DNA of 64,000 nucleotides from Flaccisagitta enflata (GCA_965153355.1 OZ231126.1:24800001-24864000); one strand, 5' to 3'. Shown: positions 45,798-57,532, counted from the stretch's first letter. The notes: a model not told the origin generated them from the sequence alone. A program made the numbers and translations.

Positions 45798-46813
45798 CGT
45801 TTTCGATCTATCTCCGTTGAGACCAGCGTCTTCATGGTCTTTATTGTTTTTAGAGCCGCCTGCTCTCGGCTCCGTCCGCTTGCTTGTTTGCCCGCTTCTC
45901 GTCAGCTTTTACGATTTGTATGAAAGTCACATGTTTAGATTTATAATGATTCCTTCGTCGATTGAATGTTGTTTGTGTTGGTGAACGGCACTTGGGGAAG
46001 CTTTTTCGGGTATAAGTTTTTAATGTTTAATGTTAATAGTTAAAGACTAGTTTTTGCCAAGGCGTTCTGTGTTCGATTTCGACGTTGGTCGCGCAGAAGT
46101 CCGCCGCCCACCGTCGAGAGCGATCCCGGAACACCTTTAAACAAGTGAAGTAGTAGAAATTAGCTTCAGGACTCAAATCCAGCCTCTCAGGCCTCAAATC
46201 TGGCCTCTCAGGCCTCGAATCTGGTCTCTCAGGCCTCAAATCTGGCCTCTCAGGCCTCAAATCCATCCTCTTAGGCTTAAAATCCAGCCTCTTGGGACTC
46301 AAATCCAGCCTCTCAGGCCTCAAATTAAGCCTCTTGAGCCTCAAATCCAGCCTCTTGGGCCCTAAATCTAGCCTCTCAGGTCTCAAATTCTCATTGAATA
46401 ACAAGGCAAATTGACAAAAAATTAAAAAAGAATTCAAAATTCCCAATGAATATTATGTAAAATTACCCCAAATATGCCCTCTCAAGACTGATGGAAATTC
46501 ACCCCTGTGTCCTACAGGACATCGGCTCTTTGGGGCCGCTGCCCTGCTCTCACTCCACTTTTTCAGCTCATCACTCTAAGTAGGGCATCGGGTACCGCTG
46601 ACCATGTGCAATCCTTGGATGACTATTTCTCTCTCTGTCCCTCTCTCTCTCTTTAACCTCTTCTCTTTCTTTTGAATATACCAATGAACACCTGCGTACA
46701 TCACATGATTTTTTTGGCCCAGGATTGATTCTAAGTGAACAACGAACTTCCTGAAAACATTGATCTCTTTCAGGAGCAGTTGGTTGGTCAATCTGAAAGG
46801 AGCAAGACTCATA

Positions 46814-47341
46814 CTATCTAGGAAATAGATATACGGACAGCTGGAGAAAAGTCAGTCTTATCACTCAGTGAATGAAATGTATGTTCAAATGAATCAATTT
46901 CTAGTCATATTATGGTATTTTGATCTATGAACTGCTTCTGTTTTGAGTTTTTATGAGATTGGTTTATGATTTTTCAACCTATATCAGTGTATCCTTAAAA
47001 TCTCAACAAGCACCAAAAAATCATTTAATCGATTTGGTTTTGTATTGATATTAGAAAATATAAAATGATTTTGGTCAATCCATTTAGATTTGAGAGCTCT
47101 TTCAAAATACGTTGTCCTTTGTAGATTTGAACAGGAAACCTCAAATTATGATCTTGATAAAATGACAGTTTCTCCTCAAAACACTGTCAAATAAAAACAG
47201 TTTGAGCTATTGACCTCCGCTTGGTCTTGAATGGAAGATATTTTGTCATAATCTGTTGATCTTCTTTCATTTTTGAATTGGTTGTTGCAGTTTAGCTGTT
47301 ATAATGATGGTTAGGTGTCCATATATTCATTTCCAAGATAG
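46814..47341. mobile_element. MITE, TIR CTATCT(A/T)GGAAAT..ATAT..GGACA, TA TSD
   Basis: Inverted termini flanked by TA. Confidence 0.6.
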
Positions 47342-48485
47342 TACATCTCAAAACCTGATTTTATACATTTTCAAAATACAAAAGGAACTAGATGATCCAG
47401 TTATGTCATAAATGAATACATGAATTAGGGGGCGAAAGCCAAGGCAATGAAAAAGCCCTCTCAAAATAGATTTTCAACCTTATAAATAAAGTGATGATGC
47501 TGAATAAAACTGAGGAAGTCAAAAGTCTTCAGTGTTACTAGTTCAGATGATATACAAACTTTTCTTTCTAAAAAAAAAGAGAAAAAAAGTAACACTTATC
47601 ATACAATTATCTTTTAAAACTCGTTTCCTCTTACATCAGAGTTAACCTTCCAATGTATCATTGCGCGCCAAGAGAGAAAGACAAACAGACTAAAACCAAC
47701 AAGTAAATGGACAAACAGATACGCTGATACACGGACAGTGCATTGTTTCACTTAAAGTGGCTCTGACTGAATGCAGCTGTCAGTGTTACGCAATTTTGCG
47801 CTATGAAAAAGATGTTCCTGTAAGAGCTGACACCTGTGCGTAACTCACTATAGCATAGTGAGACAGCAACGATGACAAGGAAAATCGCACTTTAAAAATC
47901 ACCTTTACATATGTGCGAGTAAAGAAGTAGATCTAAAAAGAAAAATGAAATATCGTCCAAACCTGATGAGTGCATCAATGAAAAAAAAATTGACTGTTAT
48001 ATACATGAAATACTTTAGATTGAAATCCAACTTGATTGTTTGCTCTTTAGTTGACCATTTTGTCCCCGGACTTTCACTTTGAGCATAATAACAGGAAATA
48101 ATGTCAAACATTATGTCAGTAATATCAATGTTAAAAATTGTAGTTGCTTTTATCTATTGTTTTTCCAACGCTATTCAAAGCAGAATTTCAAGCTCTTTCA
48201 ATTGGAGCCCTTACAGCACCCTCGATTATAGGTGGAAATACAATGGAGTTTGTAAGGCAACTCCATAAATGCGGATGTTAATTTTAGGCCATAGGGTCAA
48301 ATCAGTGTTTCATGAATTTCAGTCTTAGTTTTCTATCACAACATCAAGAGTAGCATTTGAAAGCGGGTGCAATGCATGGAGGCACCAACAGACAGACGGA
48401 CCAATGTAGAGACCAACCATTGGAAACTATAACTTCCTAAAAAGTTGCGAGATTGCATTTGAAAGCTAAATTGTGGGGGCTAAAT

Positions 48486-49613
48486 TGTGGGGGCCTTGAG
48501 CCTGTCCTGTTTGCGGATGACACCAATATCTTTGCAGAAGGGAGGGACCCCGCTGAGCTTGCTGGGAGGGTGAACAGGGGGTTGGGTATGCTCAGCGAGT
48601 GGTTTAGATGCAACAGACTGACTCTGAATCTGAAAAAGACAGAGTACGTCTACTTTGGCCGACCTGGGGGGGGTGGGGACCTACCAGGGGGTATAGTGAT
48701 AGGGGGGAGCAGGTGAGGCGAGTTGGGGAGGGTAGGTTCCTGGGGGTGTGGGTGGACAGGGGGCTGAAGTGGGCGGGCCAAATAGATAGGGTTAGGACAA
48801 AGGTGGGGCAGCTTCTGGGGGTGATGGGGAGGGCGGGGCGGTTCCTTAGTGGGCGGTCTCTTCTTTCGCTCTACAATGCGTTGGTTCTCCCCCACCTTCA
48901 GTACTGTCTGATGGTGTGGGGTGACTTCAAGGGGGGGCGGAACCTGACAGTGGGGGCATCACTGCTCAGGTACCAGAAGCGCTTTGCGGGGTTGATAGCT
49001 GGCTACAGGGGGACCTACCATGCGGACCCGCTTTTTGCGGAGCATGGGATGCTGAAGGTGGGGGACCTCTACCGGCAGCAACTCCGGGTCCATGCATGGC
49101 GCTTCTGGAGGGGTAGGCTGCCGGAAAATCAGGCTGCCATGTTGAGGAGAGTGGGGGGTGTGCATTCCCATGCCACAAGGGCGGCGGGCTCGTCGCTGTT
49201 TCTTTCTACACGGGACCACGGGTCGGTTGGGTACAGGGTCCCAAAGGAGTGGGCATCTGTCCCGGTGGAGCTGAGGGGGGTTCCTTCCCTTGCGGCCTTC
49301 AAGCGTAGGTCCAGGGGGGCCTTTCTGTCTGAATATGCCCAGTTTGTCTGTACGGCGGCGGGGTGCCGCGTTTGTGCCTGGCAGGACTCGCAGCATGGAC
49401 AGGACTAGGGTGGTCTTTGTTTCTTGTGTTTGTCTCTGCTCATCTGAAACTTTTAGTGAATTACTGATTTTGCTTCCCGAGTTAAATGGCTGTGCTAAAA
49501 ACTTTTTTACTGTGTGCAATCGATATGCGTAATTCTAATCACAAGCAGCAGGAGAGAGTCATTGGAAAAAAAAATAAGAAATAAAAAAATAACAAAAACG
49601 ACCAAAAATTGAC

Positions 49614-49641
<28 letters not shown>
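48486..49641 (+). mobile_element. 5'-truncated LINE (CR1/L2-group-like RT C-terminal half) with poly(A) tail
   Basis: LFADDTN, LTLNLKKTEYVYF in one frame; FLGVWVDRGLKW and LYNALVLPHLQYCLMVWG in the next frame (frameshift near G-runs ~48670-48710). Stop at 49408; A-rich tail 49567-49641. Confidence 0.88.
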
Positions 49642-49644
<3 letters not shown>

Positions 49645-50236
49645 GGCTGCTTAATTACTGAAATAGTCGCTTATCTACAAAGCGAAGCCTTTCTCTCGTA
49701 CATTCTCTCGTTCATTCCCTCGTTGAACTGAATTGTTATTCTCATTGTTATATTGATTGAATTATTGTATCGCAACTGCAAAGAGATCGAATTTATTGGT
49801 CTATCCATGCTACTTGTTGCTGCTACCTTTCCATTTACAAAAATTGGGTTTTGCATAGAAACTTGATTTCAATCAAACGCTAGATTCCTGTAGGCCATGC
49901 GACCTTACAGACGCAGCACCATTTTGTTATGTTTTCTCTATGAAAAAGCTCTCAGAGATAAATTTCACTCAAAAAATGAACTTTTGACCAAAAAACAACC
50001 AAATAACATCAAAAGACATCCGCAGTAATGGAGTTTTGCTCAAACTTTATTCTATTTCCATAAAAAAGCCAAATTGAGAAGCGTGACAGGCAATGTAGAT
50101 ACTGGCGTCAGGCCGTGGTGGTACTATCTTACACGCAGTTGAATTCAAATTCAGAGCAAAACTGCAAGTGTTTCATGCGACGAGCAATACTTTTTCAAGC
50201 CCTATATAAAATAATAAAAAATGATTTCAAAGATTA

Positions 50237-50799
50237 ACAGGGTGAGCAAAAAATTTTGCACAACTCTGATAAAGCATTGAAAAATATTGCAATGCAGTGC
50301 AAATATCCTCATGATATGAATCAAATACCTTATTATGGTAATTTAGAACACTAATGAGCCATTACTGTAGGCTATAGGCAATAGATGAGGTCTGGAAAAT
50401 GAATTATCATGATGGTCATATGCAGTTTATGTGCCATAATTTTGACTGTTTCCTTGATCAAGTGGCATTGGTTTTTCTTTATTTTGTCTGACAATTCTGA
50501 TCCCCCTGACCCAATCCTCAGTTGGTATGACTATCTGACATTAAGGTAACATGTTTTATATGACAATGACTGGCAGTGGACGCCATGCATGAGGAAAATA
50601 CTAGACGAAGTGGAGATTTCATCTCTTCAAAATAGGCCGGTAAAATTCTTGCAAAATCTGACTGTCCGTTTTAACTTTGATGCCTCCTAATGGGAACAGC
50701 AATTGGAAAAGTGAATGACGGCCCATACTACTGTCCAATAGAACTAATTGTGCTGTTTCTCTACTCATATGTTTGTGCAAAATTTTTTGCTCACCCTGT
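50237..50799. mobile_element. MITE family M1 copy (internal deletion)
   Basis: Perfect TIRs, TA flanks, homology to 1724-2329. Confidence 0.85.
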
Positions 50800-50865
50800 T
50801 AGTTGAAAGGTATAGAATAAAAGATTTTTTCATAAATGAAGAAGGAAAACTCAGGGGTGTATATT

Positions 50866-51082
50866 ACCCGATTCAAGAACACTCAATTTCCGATTATGAT
50901 GGCGACAATGGGCTAAATTTGTTGATTCTTGTTAGCATAACATTCCCTGAAAATTTTATGGTCCTTAATGAAGTAAACCAAAAAGCATATTGGGTTTGAA
51001 ATTCTAAGAAATATGGCAAATATGAGAGATATTTTTTTTTTAGTTTCAATCTTGGCTTAGAGTGTGTGTATGTTTGTGTGTA

Positions 51083-51126
<44 letters not shown>

Positions 51127-51194
51127 CATTGGTACCTTTGAGTGTGTCATTATTTAGAAGCCTCAAATCAGCCCTTCTAAGCATTTAATCAATT

Positions 51195-51277
<83 letters not shown>

Positions 51278-53320
51278 CTCAATGGTGCCTTTGAGTGTGT
51301 CATTATTCAGTAGCCTCAAATCAGCCATCCTAAGCATTTAATCAGTTCTTTCAGGCCTAAAAGTACTCTCCACTTGGCTCTCTTACATAGGGCACAACAG
51401 CAAATTCTTTTATTTACCATCAACTAGCTGGACAATTTTTGACCTTGCTATGAGTTTCTGTTTCAAGCAATTAAGATTCAATAATACTTGTTGGATCCCA
51501 AGAATCAGGTCCTTTAATCAAAATGGGACAGACCTCTCAAGCACGGGATGTTTTAGATTTTGTTGTCTTTCTGGACCTCCTAAACCTCAAATCCGCTTTG
51601 AGCCCTCTAGCCTCACCAAAATCAGCCTTCAGGTTTTTGGGCAGCGACCCCTAAGGGGACAAAGTCCTGTGGAACATGGGGGACTTTCGTTGATACTACT
51701 GTCCGTTCTTTTGTTACTTCTTCCCCCCAGGCCCTCTCAGGCCTGAAATTTGCTTTCTCAGGCCTAAAATCTGCCCTCTTAGGCCCGATATATGCCCTCT
51801 TAGACCTTGAATCTGCCCTCTCAGGCCTGAAATTTGCCCTTTCAGAGCTGAAACCTGTCCTCTCAGGCCTTAAATTTGCCCTCTTAGGACTGAAATATGC
51901 CCTCTCAGATTCAACTTTGTTGCTGCTTTTTGGGCAGCGGCCCCGAAGGGGATGAAGTCCTGTAGAACGCAGGAAGACTTTTGATCATCCATTCATTCGT
52001 TTGTTTGTCCAATCATTTGTAAGTCCCCCCAGACCTTCTCAGGCCTGAAATCTGCCCTCTCAGGCCTGAAATCTGCCCTCTTAGGCTTGGAATCTGCCCT
52101 CTCAGGCATTAAATCTGCCCTCTCAGGCCTGAAATCTGCTTACTCAGGCCTGAAACCTGTCCTCTCAGTCCTTAAATCTACTTTTGCAGATCCAAGGTTT
52201 GAGAGGGCAGATTTCAGGCCTGACAGGGCAGCTTTCAGGCCTGAGAAGGCCTGGGGGACTACTAAATGAATGGACTAACAAAAGTCTCGTGTTCTACAAG
52301 ACTTCATCCCCTTTGGGGCTGCTGCCCTAGTTCCTCTCATTCTAATTTACAATGATGCAAAGCAGGGTAATGGGTATCGCTGACCACTTATTGCCCTTGG
52401 GCGACCTGTTGGCTCTTACATATTCATAATTACAATATCTTTGCATTCAAGCCATATTTTGGACAAATTTGATCTATTTTGAACAGTTATCTAACGGTTC
52501 ATTGGACTTGTGCCAAATTTCCTGCTCAGGGTGTTCATAGGCTTCTCAGGCTTCAAATCAGGCCTGAAATTAGCCTTCTCAGGCCTCATATTAAGCTTCT
52601 CAGGTCTCTTAGGACTAATTCAACCCTATCAGACCTCAAATTAGCTCTTTTAGGGCTAGAATCAGAACTAAGGGGAATCAGCCCTCTCAGGCCCGGAATC
52701 AGTCCTCTCAGGCCTGGAATCAGCCCTGATAGGTCTCTAACAAGCCCTTGCAGGCTTCTTATTATCCCTCTTGGATTCCAAGGCCACAAATTATAGATGG
52801 AGAGGACAGACAAATGAACCCCTGCTGCCTTGCTTCCCTCCACTCAAATATACAGGCAAACAAAGCAGGGCAATGGGTATCGCTAACGGCACATTACCCT
52901 TATCAGCTTTCTTGTACCTCAACCAGGTTTGTTCCGCCCTGAAGCAGATCTGTGGTCTTAATAAGGCCTTGAAGCAGCGCTCTCGCCATCCATGATTGGA
53001 GGCCTTGGTCTGGATAGGAGCTTTAGGTGTAAGAGAAATGACGAGATTGAAAGAAATTTCAGGCCTATGGTGGTTATTTAAAAGACTGTAAGAGCTGATT
53101 TCAAGCATTAGTATGTTGAATGAGGGTAAGCCTAGGGGGACAGATAGATTGACAGAAGTGTGAAAATTTCCCCCCCCCCCCATGTCCTACAGAACATCAT
53201 GACCTAGACAGTAGATTTGGGGTTTGGAGGTACCCCAAATAGCTGGGATTCTTGAAAGGTCTGATTTGAGGTTTGACAGGAACTCACCTAATACAATTAC
53301 ACAAATACACGCACACACAC

Positions 53321-53395
<75 letters not shown>

Positions 53396-53620
53396 AACAC
53401 ACACACACACACACAAACACACACTCTAAGCCAAGATTGAAACTGAAAAAAAAAACACAAAAAAGATCTCTCATATTTTATATATTTTTTAGAATTTCAA
53501 ACCCAATATGCTTTTTGGTTTAGTTCATTAAGGACAATGAAATTTTCAGAGAATGTTATGCTAACAAGAATCAACAAATTTAGCCCATTGTCGCCATCCT
53601 AATCGAAAATTGAGTGTTCC
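50866..53620. mobile_element. Element with ~250-bp inverted arms and an 8-bp flanking direct repeat TGTATATT
   Basis: 50875-51120 is the reverse complement of ~53310-53620. The flanks rejoin into the element family seen intact at 6515-6843. Nested HINE-C copies at 51634-52900. Confidence 0.65.
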
Positions 53621-54278
53621 TGTATATTCTTGAGTGGCTTTTGATTTTTTTCCCCCCCTGCCTTTGATTTTCTTCCCCGCGACACGTCATGTCGCATGAT
53701 TTTCTTCCCCATATAGGAATAAAACTATGTGGTTAAGGTTTAAATAGTGTTTAATTGTGTTTTACTAATTGAGTTTTATGATTTAGTACTGTAAGAAGTT
53801 ATATTTTCCCCAAATTTCCTTTTTTCCTCTTTTTTCCCCCTTTGATTTCCATCCCCATCTCCAGAATATAAAGGCCTGTAAAAACTTATTGCAATAACTA
53901 ATGACAGCTACAAAATTATATCAATATCTATATTATCAATTTTTGTCATGAATAAACTTTTGTATGACTTGAATAAGTGTTGTAGTGAAATACTCAACAA
54001 TGTAGAAGCGGAAGCGGAAGTGGAAGCGGAAGCGGAAGCAGAAGCTGTGCCCTCTAAAATGGTGGAAGCGGAAGCAGAAGCGGAAGCTATGCTTTTTGAA
54101 ATAGTGGAAGCGGAAGGGGAAGCGGAAGCTGTTAATTTCTGAATATGCCAATTGGCAGTGGAGGCGGAAGCGGTCCAAAAATCTACCGCTTCTGCATCTC
54201 TAGTGGAAAGAGATAGTATGGAAAAGTCGCTGTGACACTCAAAAGTTTCTTTCACCAGGAACTTATTTGTTTCAATGA

Positions 54279-54322
54279 TATAAATTCTGATAGAGACATT
54301 CTTCAACGTCGGGAGCTCATTC
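54279..54322 (+). promoter_or_regulatory. Candidate TATA box and Inr for the lectin-like gene
   Basis: TATAAA at 54279-54284 and TCATTC at 54317-54322, ~90-130 bp upstream of the ATG. Spacing is somewhat long. Confidence 0.3.
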
Positions 54323-54407
54323 ATTCTTTCACTCGAATTGGTCTACAGTAGCCTAAAAGTATTATTGCTAGCACTAAAAGTTTCTACTCGACATTGTGGG
54401 TGCAAAA

Positions 54408-54468
54408 ATGTCTTGTGCGGTTGCAATCTGTTTCATCGTCATAGTTTTGACATCAACCTCCAGTTATG
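54408..54468 (+). CDS. Exon 1 (signal peptide) of a secreted coiled-coil + F5/8C-like lectin gene
   Basis: AAAAATG context; MSCAVAICFIVIVLTSTSSY(A); phase-1 donor G|GTAAGT. Confidence 0.75.
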
Positions 54469-54500
54469 GTAAGTCTGAAAATAGTAAGCAAAATGTTTGA

Positions 54501-54747
54501 GAACAAGGCCGGATACACGGCTACCAAAGTCGCGTGCGGTGGGCAGGGGCCATATTTGAGGTCGCCAGACCGTTTGGGCAGGAGCAGTGAGGTCAAAGAA
54601 CTAAAAACAAAAAGAAAGTAAAGTGTGGCCGGCCGACTGACCGACCGACCCACCGACCCACCGACCCACCGACCCACCGACCGACCGACCGACCGACCGA
54701 CCGACGGACAAAGCAAGTTGTAGAGTCGCGTGCACGCGACAAAAAAG
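54501..54747 (-). mobile_element. HINE-A copy in intron 1 of the lectin-like gene
   Basis: Family termini and (GACC)n. Confidence 0.75.
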
Positions 54748-54828
54748 GGGTTCGAATAGTATAAGACCGTGATTGCGTTTGTTAGGCTTTGGTTGCGTGT
54801 ATTATGACTTCTTGAATTTTTTTCTTAG

Positions 54829-55002
54829 CCGGGCGAGTGAACGACGGTGTCATCATCGACCAAATATTTGAGCAACTTGGAAAAATGGCAACAAACACGA
54901 AAGACAAGTTCGAAAATATGGATAAAAAGTTGAAACAAGTGAATGAAAACTTGGATGACAAATTCAAACAATTGGATAAAAAACTTGAAGAATTGAAAAA
55001 AG
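54829..55002 (+). CDS. Exon 2 (coiled coil) of the same gene
   Basis: Acceptor ttttttcttag|, phase 1/1; heptad-like KFENMDKKLKQVNENLDDKFKQLDKKLEELKK; donor G|GTACAG. Confidence 0.75.
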
Positions 55003-55693
55003 GTACAGTAGATTCCGTCTAGACTTGAGATGGGGGGGGCGGGGGGGGGGGCAAGCATTATTGGGAGACAAATGTTACCAAGACACTAATATATAGAATA
55101 CAGACTTATTAAAACGTGTTTTATTCCCTATGATTGTTGGTTGCTGGAAACACCTGTCCATGTATTCCCGCTAAAATATCAAAATTTATAATAGAAGACG
55201 CAAAACTGAATATGGAAACGATTTTAGAACGGACACGTGAACTTGCCGTGTCGGTTGGTTGGTCTGTCAGTCTCTCGGTCTGTCGGTCCATCAGGCACTT
55301 TTTTGTATTTTTAGGTTTTTCGCCCCTGCTCACCCGTCCGCGACTGAGGGGGGGGGAGTGTATATGGCCATGTTATTTAATCTTATGCCATTTCTTAACA
55401 AAGCTAGAATGACCAGCAACGTCGCATTTGAAAGATCACAGAGCTTTCAAACGGACATGGGTTTTCTATAGATTAAGCCTTGAGTAATGCCTAAATTAGC
55501 CTAACAAGTTGTTCCGTATTTTCTCTTTTTTGCTAAGGTTACATGGATTGTTTTGACTGAATTGTTACAACCTCGAGTATGAACATTTCATATGACTAAT
55601 TCACCTCCAATATGAATTTGTCGTGAGCACTAAAATCGCGCAGATAACCAAGATAATAGCACTCTCACCCTCTCTCTTTCATGTCTTAACCAG

Positions 55694-56160
55694 CTTCATG
55701 CGGCATGAATGCAAGCCTCATTGAATATGAAGGACATGCCGATGCTGATAGCATTTGGCATTCAAGTCATGGTGCCGCAAACGCTTTCAAACCGCAAACC
55801 AACAACTCACCTTACGCGAGCGCTCGAAACCGGGTCCCGGCAACGGTTTGGTACAGATTCAACGACAAAAAGGTTGTATCAAGGATATCCATCACGTCTA
55901 GAAAACATTCGGGCCACTGGAGGGATCAATCACCCAAATCGATCACCGTTGTTGCGTCTGATGATTGCATAGCATGAAAATACCTTGGATATTGGGATGA
56001 TCTTGGATTTAGTGCCCCTGCACAAACCAAGACCATCAACATCCCATGTGATCGTCAAGGATCCTACCAGTGTTATGGAATCAAGACGGTACAAAGACGA
56101 GGAGGTTGTGGTGTTGGTTGTGGGTGTGTATCGTTTGTGGACGTCAAGATGTACGGTTAA
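55694..56160 (+). pseudogene. Exon 3: F5/8 type C (discoidin/F-lectin-like) domain with in-frame TGA at 55975-55977
   Basis: Acceptor ctttcatgtcttaaccag|, in phase with exon 2. Translation ...ADSIWHSSHGAANAF...ATVWYRF...VSRISITSR...QSPKSITVVASDDCIA*KYLG...YQCYGIK...VSFVDVKMYG*. AATAAA at ~56212. Confidence 0.7.
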
Positions 56161-56903
56161 AGGCATGATAATAATGTTTTTAGAGTTGAAAATTTGAGGG
56201 TAAGGGCTTTGAATAAAATGAATGTTTTTAGGGGCAAGAGAATCACGTCTCCAAACTACTCGTTATTTACATTTTTGTTTGAAACTTTCATTGGTCTGAG
56301 TTGAGCATTTTATTTACAACATCAAGGCCGGATACACGACGACCCCAGTCGCGTGCGGGTGGGCAGGGGCCGTATTTGAGGTCAGTGGAGCATTTGGGAA
56401 GGAGCAGTAAGGCCGAGAACCCCGTAAACGCCGAGAAAGTAAAGTGAGATGGACGGACCGACGTACCGATGGACCGACGGACCAACAGACCAACGGACGG
56501 ACCGACAAAGCGGGGTGTAGAGTCGCGTAGCACGCGACTAAAAAGTTATTTCAGCTGGACCTCAGATCAATTGATTGTTTTCTTTCTTTTATTAAGACGT
56601 TTTTATTTGTCTCATCTGCATCAAACTGTTTGAGCTCCACATGACAGATTGGTCTGAAGTGGACCATAATTTGATACTTCTTATTTGAGACAACGCTAGG
56701 ATCTGTAGTTAAGGTGATTTAGAAATGAGAGCAAATAGAAAATGATTTCAAGGGATTTTGTTACAGTCAATATAGAAAATGAACAGAAACAAGTAAAAGG
56801 GATTATAAATTTGCATTCATTATAGGCGGAGTTTCGTTAGTGGCGGGTCCGGGAGAGCGGGGTTCAACTGTATAAATTTGAAACCAATCGCATAAGCGGT
56901 GGA

Positions 56904-57118
56904 TTTTTAGTCGCGTGCTACGCGACTCTACACCCCGCTTTGTCCGTCCGTCCGTCCGTCGGTCCGTCGGTCCGTCGGTCCGTCCGTCACACTTTACTTT
57001 TTTTGGGTTTTTGGGATTTTTGGCTTCACTGCTCCTGCCCAAATGATCTGGTGACCACAATTATGGCCCCTGCCCACCCGCACGCGACTGGGGTAGCCGT
57101 GTATCCGGCCTTGTTTTT
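56904..57118 (+). mobile_element. HINE-A copy (clearest example)
   Basis: TTTTT-AGTCGCGTGC(TAC)GCGACT 5' subTIR/palindrome; (CCGT)n; 3' GCACGCGACT subTIR + GCCG..CGGC hairpin + CTTGTTTT. An opposite-orientation copy lies at 56322-56544. Confidence 0.8.
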
Positions 57119-57459
57119 CTGCTAGCAGAGAGCAGAAAAAATATTTTTCTGCTAGCACTACTAGCAGTACACCGTCTTCGGATCGGACTGTAGAATGCAA
57201 AACCTTTATAGCTCCCAAACCATTTGGAAAAAAATCATGAAATTTTCAGTGAATATTGGTAAAATGTGATAACGGGCACGCCTTTAGCGGTAAATCGGCA
57301 ATATCGGTCAAAAATGTTGGGCCAAAATGACTTTAAGCTCCTTGTTAGCGGTGAACTGACTGTAGCCCATCGAGGTTAATCACTAATCCCCACTTTGATT
57401 TTGACCGGAGACACCCAAGCAGTTTCGGCGAAACACAAGTGGCGGAGAGAAACTCAGGG

Positions 57460-57532
<73 letters not shown>

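Larger units (their letters stand above)
37080..46165 (-). mobile_element. Full-length non-LTR retrotransposon (LINE; Jockey/I-group-like ORF1 and APE-RT) with three ORFs
   Basis: Identical 8-bp direct repeat TCAGGACT at 37072-37079 and 46166-46173 (TSD). 3' tail (TCAAAA)n on the minus strand at 37080-37104, preceded by ATTAAA. Uninterrupted ORF1, ORF2 and ORF3. The flanks rejoin into one host minisatellite element. Confidence 0.93.
36962..46627 (+). mobile_element. HINE-C element split by the 3-ORF LINE
   Basis: Left part 36962-37079 (ttttgggcagcggcccc..gtcctgtaggacacagggg). Right part 46166-46627 has the 21-bp minisatellite, the complementary IR and a gggtaccgctgaccat end. Confidence 0.75.

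Noticed and set aside
37950-45984. Plus-strand ORFs antisense to the LINE ORFs
   Set aside because: Shadow frames of GC-richer coding sequence, with no motifs.
55958-56000. Hammerhead-like CTGATGA...GAAA core (also near 47963)
   Set aside because: Stems I/III and a valid NUH cleavage triplet cannot be formed.
55975-56217. Selenocysteine or genetic-code reassignment for the in-frame TGA
   Set aside because: The position corresponds to Trp, not Cys. The short 3'UTR lacks canonical SECIS spacing. Other Trp codons in the gene and in the LINE are TGG.
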